Below, in pieces: positions 32,622-41,733 of a stretch of DNA of 64,000 nucleotides. Made by a program: the position numbers and the translations under genes. The notes beneath the pieces are model-generated. The model made no database searches. It saw only the letters and a program-made list of their open reading frames with translations, and had not been told where the DNA came from. The number at the start of each line of letters is the position of its first letter. Within the stretch, counting starts at the first letter, position 1. The DNA is from Burkholderiaceae bacterium (GTDB lineage Bacteria > Pseudomonadota > Gammaproteobacteria > Burkholderiales > Burkholderiaceae_E), in assembly GCA_027493945.1 (NCBI GenBank), contig JAOSJU010000003.1:22078-86077 (forward strand), written 5' to 3'.

Positions 32622-35387
32622 GTGCCTTCCCCGAACGTCACCCACGCCAGCCTCGATCCCGCTCAGGATCTCGCCGCGCACACGCCGATGATGGCGCAGT
32701 ACCTGCGCCTGAAGGCCGAGCATCCCGACCGGCTGATGTTCTACCGGATGGGCGACTTCTACGAACTGTTCTACGGCGACGCCGAGCGGGCGGCGCGCCT
32801 GCTCGGCATCACGCTCACGAAGCGCGGCACCTCGGCCGGCGAGCCGATCCCGATGGCCGGCGTGCCGGTGCACTCGGTCGAGCAGTACCTGGCCCGGCTG
32901 ATCCGGCTCGGTGAGTCGGTCGCCGTCTGCGAGCAGATCGGTGATCCGGCGACGTCGAAAGGGCCGGTCGAGCGCAAGGTGGCCCGGATCGTCACGCCGG
33001 GCACGCTGACCGACGCGCAGCTGCTGCCCGATCGCGACGACCGGATCCTGCTGGCGCTGCTCCCTGCCGCCTCGGGCCCGCTCGGCCTCGCCCGGATGGT
33101 GGTCGCCAGCGGCGAGTGCTGGCTCGCCGAGCTCGCCCCCGAGGCGTTCGCGCGCGAGCTCGACCGATTGCGCCCCGCCGAGGTCGTCGTCCCCGAGGGA
33201 GCCACGCTGCCGGTCGCGCTGGGCGAATTGCTCGCGGCGGCGGCGATCGCGCGCGCGCCCGGGTGGCAATTCGACGCGGCGCGCGCGCGGCGCCGGCTCA
33301 CCGCACTGCTGGGCACCCGCGACCTCGCCGGCTTCGGCGCGCAGGGGCTCGACTCGGCCACCGCGGCCGCAGGCGCCCTGCTCGACTACGTCGAACGCAC
33401 ACAGGGGCGCTCGCCCTCGCACCTGCAGGCGCTGCGCGTGTTCGCCGGCGACGAATTCGTCGTGCTCGACGCGGCGGCGCGGCGCAACCTGGAGATCGTC
33501 GAGCCGATGCGCGGCGACGACGGCGCATCGCTGCTCAGGCTGCTCGATCGCTGCGCGACCAGCGCCGGTGGACGCCTGATGCGGCGCTGGCTGCTCGAAC
33601 CGCTGCGCTCGCAGCCGCAGGCCTCGCGCCGGCATGGCTGTGTCGAGGCGCTGCTCGCTCCCGCTGCGGCACCCGCGATGCTCGAGGATTCCGCCGCAGC
33701 GCCGCTGTATGAATCCATGCTTGCCGACCTGCGCGAACTGCCGGACCTCGAACGGATCGCGGCACGGATCGCGCTACGCTCGGCCCGGCCGCGCGAGCTC
33801 GCGGCGCTGCGCGACGCCGAGCCGGCGCTGCGCCGCCTTCACACGCGCCCTGGCCGGCCTCGACGCGGCGCTCTTCGGCGATTTGCGCGACGCGCTGCAG
33901 ATACCCGATGCGGCGCTCGCACCGATCGCCGGCGCGCTCGCCGACGAACCCGCCGCGCAGGCGCGCGACGGCGGCGTGATCCGCGACGGCCACGACGCCG
34001 GGCTGGACGAGTTGCGCCGAATCGACCGCGACTGCGACAGCATGCTCGCCGCAATCGAACTGCGCGAGCGCGAGCGCACCGGCATCGCGACCCTGCGCGT
34101 CGGCTACACCGGGGTGCACGGCTTCTACATCGAAGTCACGCGCGGCCAGGCCGATCGCGTGCCCGACGACTACCGTCGCCGCCAGACGCTGAAGAACGCC
34201 GAGCGCTACATCACGCCCGAGTTGAAGGCCTTCGAGGACAAGGCCCTGTCGGCGCGCGAGCGCGCGCTCGCGCTCGAGCGCGAGCTCTACGAGACGCTGC
34301 TCGACGCACTGGCGCCATCGGTGCCCCTCTGGCGGGGCGCGGGTCGCGCGGCCGCGCAGCTCGACGTGCTGGCCGCATTCGCGCAGCGCGCGCACACGCT
34401 GCGCTGGGTGCGTCCGCGCTTTTCCGCAGCACCCGGCATCGAGATCCGCGCGGGCCGCCATCCGGTAGTCGAAGCCGGCGTCGAACAGTACACGCCGAAC
34501 GACTGCGTGATGCGCGAGAGCCGGCGCATGCTGCTGCTCACCGGGCCCAACATGGGCGGCAAGTCCACCTACATGCGCTCGGTGGCGCTGATCGCCCTGC
34601 TCGCCTGCTGCGGCAGCTTCGTGCCCGCCGACGCCTGCGAGATCGGGCCGATCGACCGGATCTTCACCCGCGTCGGCGCATCCGACGACCTCGCCGGCGG
34701 ACGCTCGACCTTCATGGTCGAGATGACCGAAGCGGCGGCCATCCTGCACGCGGCCACCGAGCGTTCGCTGGTGCTGATGGACGAGATCGGCCGCGGCACC
34801 TCGACTTTCGACGGGCTGGCGCTGGCGCACGCGATCGCCGCGCGGCTGCTGTCGCACAACCGCTCGCTGACCCTGTTTGCGACGCATTACTTCGAACTGA
34901 CGGAACTCGCGGCCACGCATCCGCAGGCGGTGAACCTGCACCTCGCCGCCGCCGAGCATCGCGGCGGCATCGTGTTCCTGCACGAGGTGCGCGACGGCCC
35001 GGCCAGCCGCAGCTATGGGCTGCAGGTGGCCCGGCTCGCCGGCCTGCCGGCGCCGGTCGTTCGCGCGGCCAGCCAGCTGCTCGGCGAGCTCGAGGCGCGT
35101 GCCCGCTCGCGCGACGACCAGCTCGATCTGTTCGCGATGCCGCAGGAGGCAGCCCCGGCTTTGCCGGACCCGGCGCCGACAGCGTCGCTGCGGACGGCAC
35201 CGATGCGCACGACACCGATGCGCCCGGCGACGCGTCGGCGCCCGGCGCCCGTCGCGACGCCGAAGTCGCGCGGCATCTGCTCGAGCGGCTGCGCGAGATC
35301 GATCCGGATGCGCTGAGCGCGCGCGACGCGCTGCAACTGCTGTACGACCTGCGCGCTCAGGCTGGCGCGCCATCCGGAACGGGCTGA
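32622..35387 (+). CDS. mutS: DNA mismatch repair protein MutS (apparent frameshifts near 33840 and 35190)
   Basis: [51 protein letters not shown]. Confidence 0.95.
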   Translation: MPSPNVTHASLDPAQDLAAHTPMMAQYLRLKAEHPDRLMFYRMGDFYELFYGDAERAARLLGITLTKRGTSAGEPIPMAGVPVHSVEQYLARLIRLGESVAVCEQIGDPATSKGPVERKVARIVTPGTLTDAQLLPDRDDRILLALLPAASGPLGLARMVVASGECWLAELAPEAFARELDRLRPAEVVVPEGATLPVALGELLAAAAIARAPGWQFDAARARRRLTALLGTRDLAGFGAQGLDSATAAAGALLDYVERTQGRSPSHLQALRVFAGDEFVVLDAAARRNLEIVEPMRGDDGASLLRLLDRCATSAGGRLMRRWLLEPLRSQPQASRRHGCVEALLAPAAAPAMLEDSAAAPLYESMLADLRELPDLERIAARIALRSARPRELAALRDAEPALRRLHTRPGRPRRGALRRFARRAADTRCGARTDRRRARRRTRRAGARRRRDPRRPRRRAGRVAPNRPRLRQHARRNRTARARAHRHRDPARRLHRGARLLHRSHARPGRSRARRLPSPPDAEERRALHHARVEGLRGQGPVGARARARARARALRDAARRTGAIGAPLAGRGSRGRAARRAGRIRAARAHAALGASALFRSTRHRDPRGPPSGSRSRRRTVHAERLRDAREPAHAAAHRAQHGRQVHLHALGGADRPARLLRQLRARRRLRDRADRPDLHPRRRIRRPRRRTLDLHGRDDRSGGHPARGHRAFAGADGRDRPRHLDFRRAGAGARDRRAAAVAQPLADPVCDALLRTDGTRGHASAGGEPAPRRRRASRRHRVPARGARRPGQPQLWAAGGPARRPAGAGRSRGQPAARRARGACPLARRPARSVRDAAGGSPGFAGPGADSVAADGTDAHDTDAPGDASAPGARRDAEVARHLLERLREIDPDALSARDALQLLYDLRAQAGAPSGTG

Positions 35388-36385
35388 GCGCCCTCCCGGC
35401 CGCCGGCCACCGCGGCCAGAGCCGCCGCCAGCAGCGCAGCCACCGCGTTGTGCAGCGTGGCCGTCGTCAGCGCCTGCGTGCCCAGTGCGGTGCCCGCGCC
35501 GAGCAGGATCTGCGCCAGCGCCAGCGCGGCCAGCCACGCGGCGAGCGCCGGGCGCGCGCTGCGCAGCCTGAGCGCGAGCAGCGCGGCCAGCGCCGCGAAC
35601 ACGAGTCCGACCGCACGGTGCGCGAGGTGCATGCCGCGCGCCGCTGCCGTATCGACCGCCACCGTCGCGCGAACCGGATTCATCGCGGCCGGATCGAAAC
35701 GCGCGCCAGTGCACTGCGGCGTGTCGCAGGCATCGATTGCGTGGCGCGCGCCGATCATCGTGCCGCCCCGGGCGAGCAGGCCGAGCAGCGCGAGTGCCGC
35801 CAGCGCGATGCGCGCTGCGCCGGCCGTGCCCGGCGTGAGCGACCCCGCCGACCCGGCCGGCCCGGCCAACGCACTCGCCGCACGTCGACCGCGGCACGCG
35901 GCCGCGATCCAGGCGAGCGCCGCCGCCAGCAGCAGCCCGCCAACCAGGTTGCCCAGCGTGACCAGCGGCAGATCGTGCGGCGTGTAGCGCCCCAGCCAGG
36001 CGAGGAACACGGTGTCGCCCAGCGCGACGGCCGCCGCGATCCGTTCGGCGCCGCGCATCGACGACCAGCCGAACACCGCGACGAGCAGCACCAGCACGCC
36101 CACCAGCGTAGCGCTCACCCGGTGCAGCGACCGCGCGATGCGCACCGCGCCCGACGCCTCGGCCGTGGGCGCGGTGGCGGCGGCAGCGTCCGCCGTGGCG
36201 CGCGACTGCGCAGCGTCGGCGGCGCGCGCGTCGGCGGCACGCGCATCGGCGGCAGCCTGCGCCGCGCGATAGCACGCCGGCCAGCCGTCGCAGCCGACGC
36301 CGTTCTGCGCGTGGCGAATGAATGCGCTCGACGCGGTGATGCACACCGTGAGCAGGCACGCGAGAAGCGCCAGGACGCGGATCAT
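35357..36385 (-). CDS. Heme A synthase (CtaA/COX15)-like protein, atypical
   Basis: About 8 TMs; GCDGWPAC loop, LHR, second Cys pair CDTPQC, AHR, LHN. Confidence 0.75.
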   Translation of the reverse strand: MIRVLALLACLLTVCITASSAFIRHAQNGVGCDGWPACYRAAQAAADARAADARAADAAQSRATADAAAATAPTAEASGAVRIARSLHRVSATLVGVLVLLVAVFGWSSMRGAERIAAAVALGDTVFLAWLGRYTPHDLPLVTLGNLVGGLLLAAALAWIAAACRGRRAASALAGPAGSAGSLTPGTAGAARIALAALALLGLLARGGTMIGARHAIDACDTPQCTGARFDPAAMNPVRATVAVDTAAARGMHLAHRAVGLVFAALAALLALRLRSARPALAAWLAALALAQILLGAGTALGTQALTTATLHNAVAALLAAALAAVAGGREGAQPVPDGAPA

Positions 36386-37803
36386 CGGGCGCGCCGCGCG
36401 GCGATCACGCTGTCGAGCACCACCCAGACGAACAGGATGCCGCCGACGATCGCAAGCATGCCCCCGAACCCCATCAGGCCCATCCCGAAGATTTCCTGCG
36501 TGGTGCGCAGCGTCTGCTCGGCGCCGGCGACCTTGCGCTGCACCCCGTAGCCGCCGGACCACATCAGGCCGAGGATGTGCAGCAACTGGCCGCCGCCGTA
36601 CAGCCACGGCTGCCAGTTCGCGATGCGGCCGGTGGCTTCGCGGTACCCGAGGCGCGGCAGCAGCGCGTAGGCCAGCCCCATCAGCGCCAGCGTCACGCCG
36701 ACGATCGAGCCGTGGTAGTGCGCGGGCACCCGGACGTCGGAACCCTCGATGAGGAAGCCGATCAGCCCGCCCGCCGAGAACAGCAGCAGCGAGGTGATCA
36801 ACGACGCGCGCAGCGGCCGCGTCGCCGGCGTGGACGCGACGCGCCGCGCGAGCGCGACCGCCAGCGCCAGCACCATCGGCAGGATCGCCAGCCCGCCGCC
36901 GAAGCGCATCAGCCAGGTCATCATCTTGCGATGCTCGACCGACGGCACGGTCCAGTTCAGGTAGATGATCGGCGCGAGGAACACCGAAGCCAGCCCGATC
37001 GCATAGACCAGCGCCACCACGCGCGGACTCAGCGGCAACGGCGACCCGGTGAGCGTGGCCAGCCAGGCCCAGGCGACCAGCATCAGCAAGGTCCAGGTGA
37101 ACTGGATCACGTGCCCCGGCCCCCAGAACAGCAACTCGTAGTAGGTGGGCGCGTCGAGTTCGCGCGGCACTTCGACGATGGACCAGACCATCGCCATCAG
37201 CGCGACCGCGCTCGACACCGCAGCCGCCTTCAGGCCGAAGCGCAGCGCATCGGCCCCGTCGAGTTGCAGGCTCATGCGCGCCGGCGCCACGAACGAGCGC
37301 AGCGTGAGCAACAGAAAGCCGGCGCCGAGCACGACCAGTCCGTACAGGAACGCGTCGTTCTCGAGGACCGGCACATAGTTCGACATCACCGGGGTGGCTG
37401 CGCCGGTGAACGGCGCCACCGCCATGAACACGGTTCCCAGCGTCGCGGCGAACAACGCGGCCCATCCGAGCCACAACAGCCGCGGCGAGGTGTCGATCGT
37501 CCACAGCATGCCCGCCATCGAGACGAACCAGACGAGCACCGAGAGGTCGACGTGCACCACCAGCGCGACGCGGAAGAAGTCGCCGGCGGGAACCAGGTTG
37601 GCGACGAACGGGGTGCGCGCGAGCACCAGCAGGATCGAGAACACGCCGGCGCCGATGAGCGCGGCCACCCCCAGCAGCAGCCAGCCGGCCGCGATCGTGC
37701 GCTGCTCGGTGGCCGGAACACCGATGTCGAAGCGATCGTCGCGCGGCGCCGCCGGCGTGCGGCCGAACGCGCCCGGGAGGCCGGCCGTCTGCGCGTCCCT
37801 CAT
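36382..37803 (-). CDS. Degenerate heme-copper oxidase subunit I-like membrane protein
   Basis: About 12 TMs; VHVDLS, FWGPGHVIQF, PAHYHG, GVQRK; no CuB His-His pair. Confidence 0.75.
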   Translation of the reverse strand: MRDAQTAGLPGAFGRTPAAPRDDRFDIGVPATEQRTIAAGWLLLGVAALIGAGVFSILLVLARTPFVANLVPAGDFFRVALVVHVDLSVLVWFVSMAGMLWTIDTSPRLLWLGWAALFAATLGTVFMAVAPFTGAATPVMSNYVPVLENDAFLYGLVVLGAGFLLLTLRSFVAPARMSLQLDGADALRFGLKAAAVSSAVALMAMVWSIVEVPRELDAPTYYELLFWGPGHVIQFTWTLLMLVAWAWLATLTGSPLPLSPRVVALVYAIGLASVFLAPIIYLNWTVPSVEHRKMMTWLMRFGGGLAILPMVLALAVALARRVASTPATRPLRASLITSLLLFSAGGLIGFLIEGSDVRVPAHYHGSIVGVTLALMGLAYALLPRLGYREATGRIANWQPWLYGGGQLLHILGLMWSGGYGVQRKVAGAEQTLRTTQEIFGMGLMGFGGMLAIVGGILFVWVVLDSVIAARRAR

Positions 37804-38312
37804 CGGATCACCACACCACCCTGGTCGGGAATGAAGTCGATCAGCACGACCTGCCCGGGCACGACCTTCATCCGTCGCTCGCCCTCGTGATTGAAGCCCT
37901 TCACGCGAACGTCGTCGTTCAGCTGCACGCGCAGCACGTGTTCGCCGGCCGGGATCGCCAACCGGTGATAACCGCTGGCCGCCCCGTCGCGACGCAGGCC
38001 CGCCGGCGGGAAGGTGTCGTCGTACAGCGGCTTGCCGTCGAGCTCGACGCGCACGTGCACCGGCGAACGCTCGCGCGGGCAATCCATCTGCGCGCGCAGC
38101 TGCGGCGGCAGCTTCGCCAGTTCCTCGGCGCTGCGCGCCCGGCAGTCGGTGGTGAACTGCCCCGGATGCCGGAACGACAGGCGCAACAGCGCCTCGTCGG
38201 GAGCCAGGTGCTGGTAGGCCGGCGCGGTCGAGAAGTAGCCGATGAACGCCGCGAACAGCAGGTACAGGACCGCCTGTCCGCCATAGCGCAGCACCGAATT
38301 AGCCATGTCCAT
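37800..38312 (-). CDS. Membrane-anchored hypothetical protein with a Cys pair (DCR...CPRERSP)
   Basis: One N-terminal TM, beta-rich soluble domain; start and stop overlap both neighbours. Confidence 0.7.
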   Translation of the reverse strand: MDMANSVLRYGGQAVLYLLFAAFIGYFSTAPAYQHLAPDEALLRLSFRHPGQFTTDCRARSAEELAKLPPQLRAQMDCPRERSPVHVRVELDGKPLYDDTFPPAGLRRDGAASGYHRLAIPAGEHVLRVQLNDDVRVKGFNHEGERRMKVVPGQVVLIDFIPDQGGVVIR

Positions 38313-39894
38313 TGCCTCCGAAAATACGCCGGCGCACGCCGCCGGCTGCCGATCCTGCCGCGGTCGCGGCCAGCCGCGACCCGAACGATTCGATTTGCGC
38401 CTCCAGCGCCGCACGGTCCTCGCGGCCGGCGTGGATCACGGCGAGCCGCGCGCGATCGACACCGCGGCGCAGGCGCGGCTCGCGCTCTCCCGCGAGCCGC
38501 TCGGCCGTCCATCGTACCCCGAAGCGGTACTCGCAATCCCCGTCGGCGCATGTGGCCACTGCCACGCCGGCGGCGCCCGCGCGCAGCCCGTATTCGACGA
38601 ACGACGGCGGCAGCATGCCCGCACAGGGCAACCCGAAGACCACGAGCCCCGAGCGCGGCTGCGGCATCGCGCCGCGCCGGCACGCGAACACGAGCGTCGC
38701 GCCGGCCGCGCCGGGCTGCCGGAAGGCCGCGTCGAGCTCGTCGCGCAGGGCGCCCACCGTGAGGTCCGGCAGGTCGATGCCGCTCACCGGGCGAGCGCCC
38801 GGCCGGAATGGCACGGCGGAGGGGCACGAGCCCGCGCAGATTCCGCACGACGCGCAGCGGTCTGCATCGACCACCGCGATCTCGCCCTCGCCACCCGGAT
38901 GCGGGGCCATCGCGATCGCCGCGAACGGGCAATCGGCAAAGCAGCGCCGGCAACCGTTGCAGTATTGCGGAACCACCTCTGCGGGCGCCGGCCGGCCCGA
39001 TCGCCCGAGCCACGGCGCGACGGCCAGCAGCAGCGTCAGCCCGATGCTCAGCGCCCAGACCAGCTCGGGCGAGGCCGCGTAGATCGCCGGCATCGGCGCC
39101 ATGTAGAACCAGTCGATCGGCAGCGTGGCCGGCAGCCGCATCAGCTCGGCCGGCGGCCCGGAAAGCGCGGGCTTCGCCAGCGACAACAGCAGCATCGCGC
39201 CCAGGCTCCCGAGCGCCACGGCACGGCTCGTGCCGGTCTGCGGGCGGGTGAGCCGCTGCACGTGCGCCCACATCGCGAGCAGCAGCACGAGCGGCAGGCC
39301 GATGTGCAGGAAGACCACCAGCGAGAAGAAACGGTCGGAAACCGCGCCTTCGGCGATGAAGTTGCGCACCAGTGCCGGACCGAAGCCGGGCAGCGCGCCG
39401 AACCATTCGGCAGTGGCCGTCGCGACGAACAGCGCGATCGTGTCCCAGACCATCCAGTAGCCGATCACGCCCGCGGCCACCGCGAGCCAAAGCGTCGGCA
39501 CTCCGCTCACCCACGAATACCAGCGAAAGCCGCGAAAGCGCCCGAGCATCAACTCGCGCAGCAGGTGCAGCACGATCACCGCGACGAACCCATCGGAAGC
39601 GTAGCGGTGCAGGCTGCGCATCACGCCGCCGGCCCACCACTGCCCGTGCGTGAGCGCCTCGACCGACGCATGCGCGCCGTCGACGCTGGTGTCGTAGAAG
39701 ATGTACAGGTAGCCGCCGGTGACCGCGATCAGCCAGAACAGGTAGAAGCCCAGCCCGCCGAGCTGGCGCAGCGGGTTGTCGTCGACCCCGAAGATACGGT
39801 CGAACGCATGCTCGGCCATGCGCCAGGCGCGCACGGCCACGCCGTCGGCGGGCGGCGGCGCATCGCCGGAACTCGTGGACAGGAACAGCGGCAT
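38299..39894 (-). CDS. Cytochrome b(6)-like / 2x[4Fe-4S] / MvhD(FlpD)-like fusion protein
   Basis: His pairs SLHRYASD...LH and FLH...WAH; CNGCRRCFADCP and CASCGICAGSCP; FAC...LPCAG...TCADGDCEYRFG. Confidence 0.83.
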   Translation of the reverse strand: MPLFLSTSSGDAPPPADGVAVRAWRMAEHAFDRIFGVDDNPLRQLGGLGFYLFWLIAVTGGYLYIFYDTSVDGAHASVEALTHGQWWAGGVMRSLHRYASDGFVAVIVLHLLRELMLGRFRGFRWYSWVSGVPTLWLAVAAGVIGYWMVWDTIALFVATATAEWFGALPGFGPALVRNFIAEGAVSDRFFSLVVFLHIGLPLVLLLAMWAHVQRLTRPQTGTSRAVALGSLGAMLLLSLAKPALSGPPAELMRLPATLPIDWFYMAPMPAIYAASPELVWALSIGLTLLLAVAPWLGRSGRPAPAEVVPQYCNGCRRCFADCPFAAIAMAPHPGGEGEIAVVDADRCASCGICAGSCPSAVPFRPGARPVSGIDLPDLTVGALRDELDAAFRQPGAAGATLVFACRRGAMPQPRSGLVVFGLPCAGMLPPSFVEYGLRAGAAGVAVATCADGDCEYRFGVRWTAERLAGEREPRLRRGVDRARLAVIHAGREDRAALEAQIESFGSRLAATAAGSAAGGVRRRIFGGNGHG

Positions 39895-39932
39895 GCTCTG
39901 GCACAGCCCGGGGAAAACAACCGATCGCGCGC

Positions 39933-40796
39933 TCAGGCGCGCCTGGCCCGCCGCAGCTCCCGAATCGTGAACCGGGCGATCGCTCCCAGCGTGGTCAGGC
40001 CGGCGAAGATCTCGAAGAACAACGAGTAGTTGACCCGGTAGACGCCGGTCTGCGGATCGTACACGGTGCAATACAGGATCACCTTGTCCCAGACGTTTTC
40101 GAGGGTCACCTCGCGCGAGGCCTGGCCCGTGAGCAGCTCCTTCAGCGGCTGCACCAGCATCGGCAGGTCGAAGTTCTCGCCGTAGACCTGCCGGTAGATC
40201 ACGCCGTCGGCATCGACGATCGTGACCTGCGTGACGTGATCGAAGCCCTTCGGCGTCGTCTCGTAGACGAATCCGAGGTTCGCCGTGAGCGCGTCGACCT
40301 GCACCGGATCAGGGCTCAGGAAATGCCAGCCGGGCTCGCCGATGCGGTTCTGGCGCTTGAACGCCGCCATCGCGGCGGGACTGTCGAACGGCTGGTTGAA
40401 GCCGATCGAGACGACGGTGAACCTGTCGTCGCCGAGCGCCCGGCGCGCCTCGCGCACCGCCTCGGCAAGGAACTGCGTGGCGACCGGGCAGGCCTGGAAG
40501 CAGCCGGTGTAGACCAGGCTGATCAGCAGCGGGCGCCCCTGGTAGTCGCTGAAGCGCACCTCCTTGCCATTGCTGTCGCGCATCCGGATGTCGGCGAGCG
40601 GGCGGCCGATCGCGGCCTGGCTGGTCGCGATGATCTGGCGATAGTCGGGAGCGCGGCTCGGGCTCGCGGAATCGGGCGCATCTGCCCGGGCGGGCGCCAC
40701 CGCGACGCAGGCGAACGCGCCCAGCGCCAGCAGCACGTTTGTCAGCCTGCCAGCGAGCGATCGGGAAGTGTCCGGGCCCGACACCGCTTCAGGCAC
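39933..40796 (-). CDS. SCO1/SenC copper chaperone
   Basis: YTGCFQACP (CxxxC), FDH; extra C-terminal TM segment. Confidence 0.85.
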   Translation of the reverse strand: MPEAVSGPDTSRSLAGRLTNVLLALGAFACVAVAPARADAPDSASPSRAPDYRQIIATSQAAIGRPLADIRMRDSNGKEVRFSDYQGRPLLISLVYTGCFQACPVATQFLAEAVREARRALGDDRFTVVSIGFNQPFDSPAAMAAFKRQNRIGEPGWHFLSPDPVQVDALTANLGFVYETTPKGFDHVTQVTIVDADGVIYRQVYGENFDLPMLVQPLKELLTGQASREVTLENVWDKVILYCTVYDPQTGVYRVNYSLFFEIFAGLTTLGAIARFTIRELRRARRA

Positions 40797-41655
40797 CGAG
40801 CGACGCCCTCATCCACCCGTCGGCGATGGTTCCGAGGAGCAGCAGCGAGAGCTGGATCAGCGAGGCGTGAAAGCTCGCCATCGCGTTGGCACGATTCGGC
40901 GCGAGCGCGAGCAGCCATGCGCGCCGGATCAGCAGCGCGCCGCCCACCGCGGCGCAGGCCAGGTAGAGCCAGCCGGGGCCGAGCAGCGCCAGCGCCAGCG
41001 AGCAGCCGACCATGACGATGGCATGCCAGAAGATGGCCCAGGCGGCGAAGCGGTCGCCCTTGACCACCGGCAGCATCGGCACGCCGGCGCCCGCGTAGTC
41101 GTCGCGAAAGACAATCGACAGGCTCCAGAAGTGCGGAGGAGTCCAGAGAAACAGCACCAGCGCGAGCAGCAAGGCCTCGGCCGAGAGCTGCGGCGATACC
41201 GCTGCGGCACCGGCCAGCACCGCGAAGCTGCCGGCCAGTCCGCCGATCACGATGTTCCACGCGCTGCGGCGCTTGAGCCAGACGGTGTAGACGATCGCGT
41301 AGAAGAAGGCGCCGAGGAAGGTGTAGAGCGCGGCGCTCGCGTTGGTGGCCAGCCAGGCCGCCGCCACCGCGATGCCTGTGAGCGCGACGATGAGCGCAAG
41401 CCAGCCGCCGTGGTGGCGCATGCGCCCGCTCACGAACGGGCGGCGCCGGGTGCGCGCCATCCGCGCGTCGAGGTCGACTTCGTAGAACTGGTTGAACGCG
41501 CCCGCCGCCGCCGAGGACACGAGCACCGCAAGCGTCAGGACCAAACCCTGCCAGGGCTCGAGCGCGCTGCCGGGCGAGACCATCAGGCCGGCGACCGCGG
41601 TGAGCGCGATCGCCACCCCGATGCGCAGCTTGAACAGGTTCAGCAAGGCCTTCAC
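40789..41655 (-). CDS. ctaB: Protoheme IX farnesyltransferase (heme O synthase)
   Basis: NQFYEVDLDARMARTRRRP, YTVWLKRR, NIVIGG, LWTPPHFWSL, DYAGAGVPMLP. Confidence 0.92.
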   Translation of the reverse strand: MKALLNLFKLRIGVAIALTAVAGLMVSPGSALEPWQGLVLTLAVLVSSAAAGAFNQFYEVDLDARMARTRRRPFVSGRMRHHGGWLALIVALTGIAVAAAWLATNASAALYTFLGAFFYAIVYTVWLKRRSAWNIVIGGLAGSFAVLAGAAAVSPQLSAEALLLALVLFLWTPPHFWSLSIVFRDDYAGAGVPMLPVVKGDRFAAWAIFWHAIVMVGCSLALALLGPGWLYLACAAVGGALLIRRAWLLALAPNRANAMASFHASLIQLSLLLLGTIADGWMRASLGA

Positions 41656-41733
41656 GGCTGGCTTGCCTCATCGCCGGGCCGCGCGCGGCGGCCCGGCCAT
41701 GTTCGTTCGTCGCTCAGACGCACGGCTCGGCGC

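Noticed and set aside
36213-36254. Three 15-bp tandem units (AADAR) in the ctaA-like loop
   Set aside because: In-frame low-complexity linker; no sign of phase variation.
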